DNA of 64,000 nucleotides from the NCBI GenBank assembly GCA_021613535.1, contig CP075494.1:9424001-9488000 (forward strand). Reading direction: 5' to 3'. This DNA is from Adineta vaga. Lineage: Eukaryota; Animalia; Rotifera. Shown piece after piece: positions 40,001-53,359 of this stretch. The number at the start of each line of letters is the position of its first letter. The first letter of the stretch is position 1. A model generated the notes under the pieces. The model ran no database searches. It was not told the DNA's origin and worked only from the letters and a program-made list of their open reading frames with translations. A program made the position numbers and the translations under genes.

Positions 40001-41370
40001 ACCGTAAATTATCGATAACGAATATTTCAGAATTAATTCTTTGAATATTTTCAGATGCTCGATCGAACAGACAGTTCATTTGATTATGCTGCAGTTGAAT
40101 CGGCATCAAGTCAACACAATCGTATGACACGTGTTAATAGTGTAAGTAGTGCTCAATCGGATCAACCAGAAATCAATTTTAATACTCGACTATCATCAAA
40201 TTCAATTACTGATCGAACAAGTAATGGAAATTTTATTACACAAGAAGATATTTAATTTGTCATTTTGATTTTTAGAACCCACTTCAGATTTTACACTCTT
40301 TCAAATTTTAACAATTAAATCTCTTGTTCAAATCGAATTGATTCAAACCATAGATAATATTATTTTCTATCCATCTACAAGTAAAAAAGAAGATTTACAA
40401 TACAATTCAGTTGCACGTGTAAGTACATCGAATTGCTTTGAAAAATAATCTTCTCATTCAATATCAACTTTCACTAACCTATTAACCATAGAGATCATCT
40501 TCTGTTGAAACCGAGGTACAAAAATATATATGCATGCTCGATTGTTTTGCTCTGATTTCTAAAATCTTATTTACAAATTCTTATTTCGTCTTCGACTATT
40601 TCAGGCTTTAGCAAATACACAACTTGGACAAGAAAATTCATCGTATTTTTCTCAATCGGATGAAATTCACAATGAACATGGAATGTATGAATATATGAGT
40701 TTTGATCAATTAATATTACTTGTCGATTGTTTGATTGAATCGCATATGTTTGCTCGTGCATTTAATGCCAATAATGAACAAAGAAATATTCTCTGGAAAG
40801 CTGGTAAAAGAAGAATTCAGAAGATCAAACAAACTAATATCTTATCGTCTTACTCTTTTTTTTAGGATATCGAGGCAAAGCGAAGCCGAATTTATTAGTA
40901 CAAGAAACCAATAGTATTGCTTGTGCATTCCGTATTCTTTTCCGTTTATACAGTGATCAAAAACATATGGGTTCAAATGATATACTCAAACAACGAATAC
41001 TCAAGTTCGTAGAAAATCTTCTGATAAATCTATCATAATGAACAATAAATTCGATTTAGATTAACTCGTGATAGTTTGGAATACTATTTAATATTACAAT
41101 CTGAAAGTCATCGTGATGCCTGGACACATGTACTTATTCTTCTCTTAACTAAATTATTGAAATTAAATGAAGAACGAGTAAGCTTGAAATTCTTCTTTCA
41201 CTAAAATGTCTTTCTGTTGTTTTTCCTTTCCATAGTTCAAATATTTCTCCAAAGGTATCTATTTATTAATTGGTGAAATAGTTGTCTTTGATTTAAAAGC
41301 TGAATTACGATACATATTACGAGAATTTCTACTTCGGATTGGTCGTATATATGAGATTAACAGTGATTAA
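34083..41370 (+). CDS. ARFGEF1: Brefeldin A-inhibited Arf guanine nucleotide exchange factor BIG1/2 (Sec7), many exons
   Basis: [22 protein letters not shown], Sec7 [69 protein letters not shown]. Confidence 0.96.
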
Positions 41371-41703
41371 ACAAATTCCATATCATAATAGATTTTTGTT
41401 TTCATTTTTTTCTTTCGTTTCGTTTATTTATATCACACATTCCGTACCATTTTACTGTTCTACGTCTCACTGTTCGAATTTTTATTTATTATATTACACA
41501 AAATGATTTTTAATCGATAATTATTTTTTGTCGAACTTATTGTAATAAAACTTACCGAAAACAAAATCCTTTCGCACTCAATACTCTATCAAAAAAGAAA
41601 CTATTAGCTAAAATACTGTTACATAAGTCAACTAAAAAAGCTTAAAAGATTTGCATCTGTTATAAATACTGAAAAATATAGAACGATCGAATATGAAAAT
41701 AAC

Positions 41704-43471
41704 ATGAGAAAATCAGGACATTTATTGCTATGGATGGTTTTTTGGAAAGTATCTATTATCTATGCATTGACTGATCGGAAAATTTATCGACCGTCAATAG
41801 ATGAATTGAATAACCCAAAAATTTATCCACAAAGATCAGTGTATGGAATAAAAGCGATTCAAACAGATGATTGGAAAGTAGACGATTTCACCGGTAATGG
41901 AGCTGGAGGTGTGGTCGTTAATTTACCTTGGTAAGAGTAGTTAACAGACATTTCATGATTGATATTATGTTATCAGAAGAAGCTCTATAGAGAAATCCAT
42001 GATACATTTTTGTGATGGATAGCTATGGATATATTTGTTTTTTATAGGGCAGCATATCAACCTCAAGAAAAACGTACACCTTGCTCAGGTAATGAAGTTG
42101 CTTATGATGGTTATTGTTTTGTACCTGCTAATGAAGATTCTATTAAACTTTATACAAGTAAACAATTGATGGTTACTGGTGTGCTTATTATTCCACCACA
42201 ATGGGCTCGTAAAAGTAATACAGAATGTAAACAAGCGAATCAAAACTTTTGTGCACCTGATAATCCAACAGCATTCGGTCGATTTGCTGGTTTTCTTGCA
42301 TGGTATTTCAATGGTCAAAATGGTCATGGACGTGTGACAGAATTTATCATTATGAATGAAGTTAATGCTGCTGAATGGTACAATATTGGTTGTGGAAATG
42401 GTAAAGCATGTGATGTAAATAAATGGGTAGCAAATTATGCTCAAGTCTATACAGCTGGTTATGATCGAATTCGTCATGAACAACCGCAAGCACCTGTACT
42501 TATTTCATTTGAACATCATTTTGATTCATCACTTGATGTATATCTTAATAATTTAAGTCCAGTATGTATTTTACTCCTTCGTTTGTTTATTTATTTATGT
42601 AGCAAGAAAATGATCTAAATAGGTTGTTTCTGTACAAACATTTCTAACAAAACTAGTTCCACAATTAGGCAATCGTCAATGGGCATTAGCTTATCATTCA
42701 TATCCACCAAATCTTCTTCGTGCAGAATTTAGTCATAATGATTGGCCAAAAATAACATTTGGCAACATCCATCGACTTGTTGGATGGCTTATGCAAACCT
42801 ATCCAAATACACCATCAGCGCATAAAGTTTATTTAACAGAAAATGGAATTAATTCGATCTCTCCATATTCGGATCAAAACAAACAACATGATCAATTATG
42901 TTTAGCTTTCCAAATGATTCTATCAACGCCTAATATTGATTTATTTATTTATCATCGGATGAAAGATCATCCGGTTGAAACGAAAGATGGTCTTGGTCTA
43001 GGTTTAGTTGATGCATCTGGTCAATACAAACGTTCTTGGCATTTATGGGCTTTAACTAATCGTTTTGATATTACACCAAATAAATTATCCTGTGGATTTG
43101 AACATCTTCCCTATGTTATACTTAAACGAGGTTTACATACTGTTGATGGCCATTTTTCTACAACACGACCTTTACCAAATGGTTATAAAGTTGAAAAAAC
43201 ATGGAAATTATTTCGTGAATATCAACCGAATACGAAATTGATTTTCGAATGTGTACGTACAAATGACAAAAGAAATTTTCCTAGCGTTAATCAAAATTGT
43301 GAAAATCAAGAAGCTTGGGGACCATTAGGTTATATTTATATAGATCAAACAACAAATTCAAAAGCAATACCAATCTATCGTTGTCGAGCAGGTTTGGATT
43401 ATTTCATCTCATCTGATTCCAAATGTGAAAATGTAACTAATGAAGGTCTTCTCGGCTATGCACTGAACTAA
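41704..43471 (+). CDS. Secreted bacterial-like clan GH-A glycoside hydrolase (DUF5722-like) with C-terminal PIYRC/EGLLGY domain (~529 aa); exons 41704-41930, 42048-42561, 42623-43471
   Basis: Signal peptide; FIIMNEVN (acid/base Glu), ALAYHSYPP, ITFGNI, VYLTENG (nucleophile Glu), GLGLVD; both introns preserve frame. Confidence 0.8.
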
Positions 43472-45003
43472 AGTTTTAGAGTATACATAAAGAACATCGT
43501 TAAATATAGATCTTTTGAAAAGATCCTCTTCTCAATGTAACAGATGCATGTTTTAATTGATAAGTTCGTTGATGATGCGCATCCATCCATTACATTCATT
43601 TTTAACATTTCGATCCATATGTTTATCATTCATTCCAATAAAGCAAGTTGGTTACACTTAATTGTCTTGATTTATGGATATTATACGAACAAAATTTAAC
43701 TCAGCAGGAGAATTTGTTTTTGTATATATCCTTAATGAACAGTATCTTTTTCTTTTCTTTATATTCATCATCATCATCATCATTTAAAATGTTTTAGAAT
43801 TCCACCAATGGAGAATAAATTTATTCTGTTCTTTTTCAAAGAAACAGACAGAGAGAGAGAGAGAAAATCATGTCACCAATCACGCATGTCATTGTATGTG
43901 TTTAATGCTTGTCGCATCTTGATCGAATGGAAATGCGCGCATGACAACGACAAACATCTCTAATTCTCCCATTTGTCCAACAGCTGTCGCGGATAGAAGA
44001 AAAAGAAGACAAATTTGCTTTTTTGAAATTTGAGAAGAGTCATGCCTCTTTTAAAAATATGTATGTATGTGAAAAAAAGAAAGAAAATGCCGTCCTGTAT
44101 GTGTATGTATGTGTGTGTGTGTGTATATATATATATACGCTTGTGTTCTCAGAAAATGATGCCATCATGAACCTTACAATGGTACTGACTTGATGATGAT
44201 GATAGACAAGAATCTGTTCTTTATGTATATGTGTACACACATCGAGCACAGCTGTTTACTGTCAATTATCTGCGTATATAGCCTGTGCACATAGATATCA
44301 AGAAAATCACTAGGGAGAGAAAGAAATGAATAGCAAGAGTGGCATATAATCAGAAGAGAGATGCATCCACTTGTTCTTTTATTTCTCATATCGATCAGAA
44401 ATATACAGAATACATAGATTATCAGTATATATATATAAAAAAAGAAGAAAAAAATGTCTTGGTCTTTTTCCTTTTTTATATATTCTCTCTCTCTTTTCTT
44501 TCCCTCTTTCTCGACACCGATTGGTTCATATTTGTCACACATAGATTTCTGTCGCCTATCGTTCAACATTTATTTCATAGAAGAAGAGAAAAGAAATTGA
44601 CGTGTCAAACATATAACAACTATAAAAGAGAGCGAAAGAGAAAGAAAGAGAGAGAGAGAGAGGGAACATATAGAGAAGAAAAACAGTTGAGTATATATAT
44701 GTTATTGTAATCTGATTAAAACTCGATCTTCTTTTCATTGGATACCCACCCCGTCCGTTCGTCAAGGATTAGTCTATACTATTTCAAGTTCGTTGATTGA
44801 AACTAGCATTTTCGCGTCTGTCTATATTAAATTTGAAATCATAGACGAATGCACAAGTGAGAAAGAAAAAAGAAAAGATTTAATCATTTCTTCTCTCTCT
44901 TACTCATGCATCGTCTTTTCAATCAATTGATCGATTGATATGTCTGTTACTATTAACAAAAAAGAAAGAAAATCTTTTTTTTCTTCTCTCTAGTTCTTTT
45001 CTA

Positions 45004-45960
45004 ATGCTTGAAAGCAATCCGATACCAGCAACAACGATCACTAGTGGTTTTACTAACATCAATACACCACCGACAAGCAATACAATAGGTAGTATTTTTA
45101 CACCCGAACAAGTTGCTTGCGTTTGTGAAGTACTTCAACAAAGTAATGATATTCAACGGCTCGGTAAGATGTCTAAGAATTTCTTCTTCGAATCAATATG
45201 TTTATTTATCTAGGTGATTTTTTATGGACATTACCAACATGTGAACATTTTCATAATCATGAAAGTGTTGTGAAAGCTAAAGCCGTTGTTGCATTTCGTC
45301 GAGGAAATTATCGTGAACTTTACAATATTCTTGAACGTTATCAATTCGCACCATGTAGTCATCCTCAATTACAACAACTCTGGTTACAAGCACATTATAA
45401 CGAAGCAGAAAAACTTCGAGGAAGACCATTAGGTGCTGTAGGCAAATATCGTGTCCGACGGAAATTTCCTTTACCACGAACAATATGGGATGGAGAAGAA
45501 ACAAGTTATTGTTTTAAAGAAAAATCACGAAATGTTTTACGAGATTGGTATTTACATAATCCTTATCCATCACCACGAGAAAAACGTGAATTAGCTGAAA
45601 CAACTAGTTTAACAACAACACAAGTATCGAATTGGTTCAAAAATCGACGACAACGTGATCGAGCGTCTGAAACAGGCGATCGGTTTGTAGAAACAAAAAT
45701 TTTTGATATCAAAATTTATTTTCTTCTTTTCTTTTGTTCGAAATAGAAAACCACTTGATATGAGTCCATCACATAATGATGACAATTCATTAGATGATCT
45801 TGGATCAACCGGTAGTGAACCAACATCGAAAGGTGGTTTTCAACTAGATTATCCTAATCAACAATATCATTATCATCATCATCATCATCACATGAAAACT
45901 GCAACAGCAACAGATCTTAATGATAATGGACGAATTTTTAAAGATTATCATTCACTTTAA
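45004..45960 (+). CDS. SIX1: SIX-class homeobox protein, Six1/2 (sine oculis) subfamily; exons 45004-45163, 45214-45682, 45747-45960
   Basis: SIX domain [15 protein letters not shown]...[26 protein letters not shown], diagnostic ETSY tetrapeptide, homeodomain [14 protein letters not shown]. Confidence 0.95.
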
Positions 45961-48125
45961 TCTATACACTTTCTTTTCATTTCTTTTTTTCGTCTTTGTA
46001 TTTTCAATGGGATCAGATAGAGGAAAAAACTCACATGAAAATGACTAATCGTTTTTTCTTTTGTTTAGCACGATATGTAAATATTTAATTTCTAAGTGCT
46101 TTGTGTATATACAAAACTTGAAATATGAGATGTGCCTTTCGTGTTAAAGGACGAATTGCGTGATGATGATTCGAAATCGGATCTAATCGATGAGAATGCG
46201 AGAGAGAGAGAGAAGGAGAAAAAGAGAAAAGCACACAGAGTATTTTGTTTTGTTATTCTTGGAATGAGACAGAGGAACTATCAATAGGGCTTCAACATCG
46301 ATTAGTGAATGTAACGATTGATAGAAGTTTATCTTTCTTTTTGCTTACGTCATCTTCCGTATCAAATTTCGTTCTCTTGTCAATCAAAAATGCTATGAAA
46401 ATATCTGTAGGAAGATGGCAAGTTTTTTTTCTCCTGTTCGTTACCAAGCAAAATAACACTTTTTTAAACGCAGAAGAAAAAGAAAATCAATGATATTCTT
46501 TGATCAATGAATTAACAGTCATAATCATGATATTCATGCTGAGTAACTCACACCTTTCTTATTTGATCTATGATAGTTGATCTCTGGAACATTGAAAGAT
46601 AGCATCTCTTTATGCACACATACATTTATATCATAAAAAGAATACATTAGAATGGAATGTTCTATTCATACTTGTTCGCAAACATTTTAATCCGGTTGAC
46701 TTTCATATCGATATGTACTTCTGTCGGTAATGATCAAAGTGATGTTTAACTAACTGATGATGATGAAGTACTACTACTACTACTCGAACAACTCCCTTTC
46801 CGCTTTGTATTTTGTTGATCATGATAATAGATGAAGAAGAAATTTTTTATAATAACAAAATGTTGATCATTACATTCACACCTGTATTCTTGGAAAACGA
46901 GAAAGAAGAAAATAAGGTCACATCAATATTTACATATCGACAAGGTAGACTAATCAATTATGAATTAAGACGAGAGAAAATTTTCTGTTGATCCATTCTC
47001 AATCAGTTTATTGACATATCGATCAACGAAACGAAAAAGACAATTATTGTATTTTATTCTCTTTCTATCAGCACTTGATCGGATCAATTTCCTGTTAACA
47101 CCTACAGATGGCTCTTTTAGTTAAGTATAGTGTATATACATATTTAAACTGAACACTTTCGTTTCTATTTGAACAATAAAATAGAGATTAGTGTTTCTTT
47201 TTTTTTCCTTCGAATAACTTATTTTGAAAGACTATCTCAAGGAACATATGATAAATCTTGAATTACACAGAAAGTTACTCTTCTTCTATGCGTAGCTATA
47301 TATCTATCGGCGGTTTGCTGTTTATACTTTTGTAGGCTTCCGTTAAAAGCTTTTTACTATTAATGAAAACCATGAAATATTTAGATCATATGTGTATCTA
47401 TTCAGTTCTATGTTTAGATTTTTAAGCTGGTTAAGATTTAATTTCAATGAATATGAAGATTAGTATAGATATACTTAGAGCACACTCTCTGTAGGTGATA
47501 AAAATGAGTATGCTCAATTTCAATATGGAAATAATGATAGCAGAAAGATTGACATTCATTTTTTTTCCCGTCTATGAAAAGATGATAATTAAAATGTATA
47601 ATGGGATTTATAAGGAAGAAGTCAATGTCAAGTTATTAATTTTTCTATACCATGTCTACAACGATGTAATATTCTGTTTTTTGAACGTTCTTTTTTTGTT
47701 GTTGTATCTACGAATATATTTAGAAAAGACATTCCATATTTCAATCGTAATAGAATCATCTTGAAACTTTTCTTCTTTTCTTATTATCATAAAAAATATC
47801 TTATTCTTTCCTCCTTTTTACTCGATGTCTTCATTTCCGTTTTCATTGACATTGAAATAATCTTCTTCTTCTTTTTTTTCTCATATTGTAGATCTTGTCT
47901 GTTTCTAACGCCGGGGAGGAAGAAAAGCGAGGATGTGAGAAAAATAACTACGTAAAAAAAAATGTTTCACTTGTTGTTACGTTCTTTCTTTTTTTTTCTC
48001 CACATTTCTGAGCTTGAGCATCAGGATGAAAAGCTAAGAATATTACTTCCTTTCACATTGAGATTTATTTCTAAAACGTTGACTAAATTTCTCTGTCATA
48101 CTTCATCAATTGATTCACAAATTTT

Positions 48126-48818
48126 ATGGCTTTTTCGAATATATTTCGACGTCATTCTGCTTCCCATGAACTTCCAGGAACTAATTATGCTTGTCTGGAT
48201 GAAAATTCCATTGCTGAAACTTTACTTGAAGAATTAGAAAATCAATGTCGAAATAGTTCAACATTAACAGTTATACGAACGAAACGTAATTCGGATGTTA
48301 TCGCACATCGACCAGGTTTATTAGCATCAACATATGAATCTTCTTCAAAACGACGTTCATCAGTTGATTATTCTTGGTTAACTCCACAGAATAATCTTTT
48401 ACAAGCACCAAGTGAATTGTATCAATTACCTGATATGATTAAAATGGAATTGAGTGAATTGATTCGTGGAGTTTCACCGGAAGATTGTACGCTTGTTGTG
48501 AGTAATTTTCGTCGACAGATTCGTATGCAAACTCAAGCAACAACACCTGAACTGATTATTGCATTATTTCGTCAGACTGTATCAGATTATATTGATCAGA
48601 AACGAAAACATCGTTCAAATTCCAATGAAACAATTCAATCCAATGAACCAAATCCGAAAACACTTCAGTTATTAGTACGAAACAATCGTATTTTACCAAA
48701 ACATCTTTCCGAAGAAGAACAACATTCAATTGCTGAATTAGCTCAAATTTCCTTATCATCATCGACTCGTCCGAATGATTCAACGGATGTTAAACCTCGA
48801 GCAAATACTTATGTATAA
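48126..48818 (+). CDS. RD3: RD3 (retinal degeneration 3) family protein, intronless
   Basis: ETLLEELE, VDYSWL, ELSELIRGVSPEDCTLVVSNFRR and IALFRQTV follow the RD3 motif order. Confidence 0.75.
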   Translation: MAFSNIFRRHSASHELPGTNYACLDENSIAETLLEELENQCRNSSTLTVIRTKRNSDVIAHRPGLLASTYESSSKRRSSVDYSWLTPQNNLLQAPSELYQLPDMIKMELSELIRGVSPEDCTLVVSNFRRQIRMQTQATTPELIIALFRQTVSDYIDQKRKHRSNSNETIQSNEPNPKTLQLLVRNNRILPKHLSEEEQHSIAELAQISLSSSTRPNDSTDVKPRANTYV

Positions 48819-50398
48819 AGAATAACAATAATCACTGATTACTGTTGTCTATGTAATTGTTTAATTGTAGAAATGATGAAATCGGATGCATGGATGTAGA
48901 AAATTTCTCTTTCGATAAAAAAAAAACTATTATTTCGTAGGACATATGTCAGACGGAATATAACAAATTAAATGTTGTTTTCTGTTGATTAGAATAACAC
49001 TAAATCTTTATATTTCTATCGGATGAAGATATATCATTATTTAACTATGAAATAAATACTGAAAAATATTTGTTTTTTTTCTCCATACTACATATTATGA
49101 ATTAAAACTTATCAAACAAAAGGATACTATTTTGAAAAGTCATTATAAGCTATTTTTAGAAATTAATTACATATCCAAAGAAAATTGTTGCTCTCTACTA
49201 CTCTTTGATAAATTCTTTTTTTGGAAGCTAGGAAACTAGTCTTGTTTATAATCTCTTTAAAAGATCAATATTGAAGAAAAAGTCATTGATCTTAAATATT
49301 TCGATTGTATCTTATTTTGGCAATTTGAAATTTCATATCATTAAAAACAATCTGTAGGATTAAACTCTGTTGAACTCGTAGAATCATGAAGAAAATAAAT
49401 GATTTCCTATATGTCGTTTTTAATTAATTCATCAGTTTTGTATCAATCTTAAGTTATGATTTAGAATCAACATAAATGAAATATATGATAGCATGTTTAC
49501 GTCAACATATCGAACGAGGAAATTGAATAGATATAGAAACGATTAATCAGATAAAAGGCGGATATCGAGACTATTATTGTCATAATAATTCTTTTTTTAT
49601 TAATAAAAGAATTTGTTATTGAAATGATTTATGTCAATGTAATTCTAAAAAATAAAGTAGTTTCTTGAGAAGCTCTACAAGTAATAATGAATGATTAATG
49701 CTAACAAAAAAAGTCATGAAATTTTCTCTTTTATAAACTTTACAACCATTGTGTAGATTTTTCTGTGAGATCTATTATTTTATAACAGAATTACGAAAGA
49801 AGCATCAATAATAATACTTTGCTTAACATCTCTATCATCTTTTGAATAAAGTATCTTCAGTTTATTATCACTTATATAGAGAATTGCTTTCTAGTATGAC
49901 ATTTGGATAGTAAATATACGAGTTGCATTGTTTATCATATTCTTAAGATTTCTGAACGATATTTGAAAATCTTAATCATAGATATTTTTCAGTATCGAAT
50001 TTCGTCATTTAATCTGTTTTGAAAAGATTAATTCAAGAATTTGATGTATATTTCGGGAAAAGAAGAAATAAGAAGCTATTAAACACATGTAAATTTGGTT
50101 AGAATACACGCCATCATAACAACGAATGACAATAACGAACAATAGCAAAGATTCCCGGTGCAGCTAATGGTTTTGAAAGAAAGAATACAGATCATAAAAA
50201 AGACAGATTTTATGCGTGTGCACAGAGAGAGACAGACAGACAGAGTTAAGGGTGAGATAATAAATAAACCAGATACGATGTATCCGAATTTTGTTAAATA
50301 TAAATATATATATATATATGGAATGAAGAAGAAAATAAAAGAAGATATATAGAAAGAAGGAAAGAAGGAAGGAAGTAAATCAGTCATAGAATGAGAAA

Positions 50399-51121
50399 TT
50401 ATTTTCCAGTTGTTTGCTGTTGTTTTAATTGAAGTAGAACACTACGATAACGTGTTAAATCTTTTTGTGAACGATTAGTTTTTGGATTAAATTCACATAA
50501 ACTTGTAATTTTATCCCAATCATTTACTTTACCATTTGATGTACTAGAATTTTTACCATTATTTAAAAGATCATCTTCAAATGTACGATTATTCGTACGA
50601 TTTTGTCCTTTCGTACGATCTAATTGTTCAATACGTTGTTTATGAAAATCATCTAATTCTTTTTTCGCTTGTTCTCGCATTTCTTTACGTTTGATTTCTT
50701 CTTCAGTATCTTTCTTTTCGATACGTGCAGCAAATTCTTCTCGCCATTTTCGAATTGTTTCTGGTTCATTTAATTCAGTTAAAGCTTGATATTGTGAACC
50801 ATTGGACGGAATTGGCGATGCATTTCCATCACTATTCATCATTGGTGAATGAGTACCTAAATAAATTGATTTTGAATTTAAGAGAAACAAAAATTAGCAA
50901 TCATTACCATTAGTTCGAAGATTATTATTTGATGGTTGCGTATTGAAAGGATCATTGGATGAATTTAAATTGTCTCCATCACCAGTAATATCACCTAATT
51001 CAAGTTTTTCACGTTGAAGAAATTCAGCTGCTGGATCTTCATCATTGAAATTGTAGGAATTATTTGACGTATCACCATCGACAATATTGGCTTGGATGTT
51101 GAATGGATCGTCAGAAGCCAT
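50399..51121 (-). CDS. CLTA: Clathrin light chain (two exons)
   Basis: EDPAAEFLQRE, EPETIRKWREE, WDKITSLCEFNPK, KDLTRYRSVLLQLKQ. Confidence 0.93.
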
Positions 51122-51494
51122 TGATTAGAATACAATAGAAGAAATCTTTAATGGATGAAAAAGAAATTGAGATTTCTAACTTCCTACTAATATCGACAAC
51201 GCCTATATACTATTTATTTGTGTTGTTTATTTGATCGTTTTCTTGATTAATAGATGTTAAATAAATCTATCCAATCAAATCTCAAGTAGTTTAGATGTCA
51301 CTAGACGTCTGTTACATGATATACGTATTAATTACGAAGAAGACAAGATTCGATGTAGCTATATGATTTTACTTATTTTATTTCAATTCGATTGATAAAA
51401 AAAATAATACAAAGATCACAACTGAGAAATATGCATACATATAAAAAAAAGAAGATTCAATAAATGTGTTACTATTAATTATCTGACGAAATTA

Positions 51495-52189
51495 TTAATG
51501 ACCATGCTTTTTTCGTTGTACCCAATGCGAGATTCCCAACCCATAGGCCATCGTACCTATTCCATAGACGGTTGTTAATAGAGCTGCTTTAGCCATTGTT
51601 GTTGCAGCGATTGTTGTTGTACTTGTTGCTGCTATCGTACCCATATGAGTTAGAGTTTTAGCTATACCAACAGCTAATGCTTGTTGAACAGGTTCGGATG
51701 TGAGTAGTTTTGAAACTCGATTTTCAGAATTATTTTTTGAAGATGGAAGAATAACATAAACTTGTTCGCCAGTTTTATCATCACGTTTATGCGTATCAAT
51801 AATCACAAAATCATCATCATCATCATCTTCTGCAATATCCTCAGTTGTACTCGAACTGTTCGTTCAAGAATTACATGAAGATTATCAGGAATATACTGTT
51901 CAATGATAATATTTGCTTTTATTTCATCGATTTGATGTTGTAATTTTAAAAGATGATGTGTATCATTCTCATGAATATGTTTAAGTTCAATTTGTTTTTC
52001 TTTAATTGCTGCATTTATATCTAATGCCACAGTATCGATATCAATCAAACGATTCAAATAAATTTTTTCAATAAGAATCAACATTTTCTTCTGCCAAACT
52101 TTTAATTGTAGAATTGCATCTAATTTTTGACTATCAATATCGAACTTTTTTAATTGTTCATCTAACTCAAACATAAATTTCTTTTCCAT
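51495..52189 (-). CDS. Orphan protein: coiled coil, acidic LIR-like motif, C-terminal hydrophobic segment; apparent frameshift at ~51848
   Basis: ORFs 51803-52189 and 51495-51806 merge if one base is added (ERTVRV-TTEDIAEDDDDDDFVIIDTHK); the apparent MMMMM is an out-of-frame Asp run. Confidence 0.65.
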
Positions 52190-52303
52190 CTAAAAATAGT
52201 TTGAAACTGAACTAAGAATTATACGAAATCAAAGCTGGAATAAGAAATTGAACAATTAAAAGAAAAAAAATACAATAAAAATTTCATTTCGTTTTTGTCT
52301 TTA

Positions 52304-53359
52304 TCACTTTTCTTGACGTTTATTTGATTCATCTTCACCAATTAAATATTTATACGAATCATCAGGCAAATTTTCTAAACCCTTGTAGAATTTCTTCTCA
52401 GCATCGGGATCTGTTTCACAGCCTTTGAAATAATTCTCTTCACCAACAAAACATATCTAAATAGAAAAGTATAATATCTTTCATCTAAAGAGAAAAAGAA
52501 ATCTTACTTCATGCCCATCAGGATCAGATAAAATTACGACTTTTTGTTTATTAAAATCCAATAAACCACCCAATTCCATAGCTGGTATCAATATGGTAAA
52601 TCCTTCCTTTTCCATCATTTTTTGTATCAAATCAATGTCATTTTTTGGACACGAAAATGCTTTTCTACCATAGCCAGTTCCTCGATCAATTGGTTTATTT
52701 AATCCATTCAATTGTAATTGACATTGTTTGTCTAATAGAAAGCCAGATTTTGCTTTAACTTTCGCTTCTTGTTGTGTAGTCAAACCATAATACAATTTCA
52801 CATGTTTGTCATTTGATTCCTTCTCGTTTATTTTCATTCTTAATAGTCGTGTATAATAATCGGTAGATTTATTCAAATCAGAAACATTCAATGATAAACA
52901 TCGAACAGGATCATCGCCGGGATAGACATCTTCATCAATTAAGATAAATCGATGACCATCAGGTGAATGTATAATTAGGGATTCTTTACTATCATTTTCA
53001 ATATATTTCTTATCAAGAAACTGTCGAGCATTAGAGACAGCTTGTCGATTATGGATTGTCACAGCGAAGAGATCATTACCGTACTCATAGCCTTCAACAT
53101 CGTAATTATAATTTAATTCAAAAGCAAAAAACGAATGTTCATGACCATAACCGGCCATGGTTTTTGACCATGGTGATTCATAATCACCATTGCATTGTGC
53201 AGAACAACCGGAATCCATTTCTTCATGACGTAAAATTTTCATTCCTAAGATATTACAAAAGAAATTTTTTGTTGCCAAACGATCTGTTATTTTCATTGTA
53301 TAATGTAGAAAACGTCGATCATCAGCAGTTGATTCTTGCATGGAAGTTTCACTTGACAT
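52304..53359 (-). CDS. GLOD4: Glyoxalase domain-containing protein 4; last exon 52456-52304
   Basis: ILGMKILRHEE, GCSAQCNG, WSKTMAGYG, ELNYNY, YGND, VVILSDPDGHE|ICFVGEE. Confidence 0.93.
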
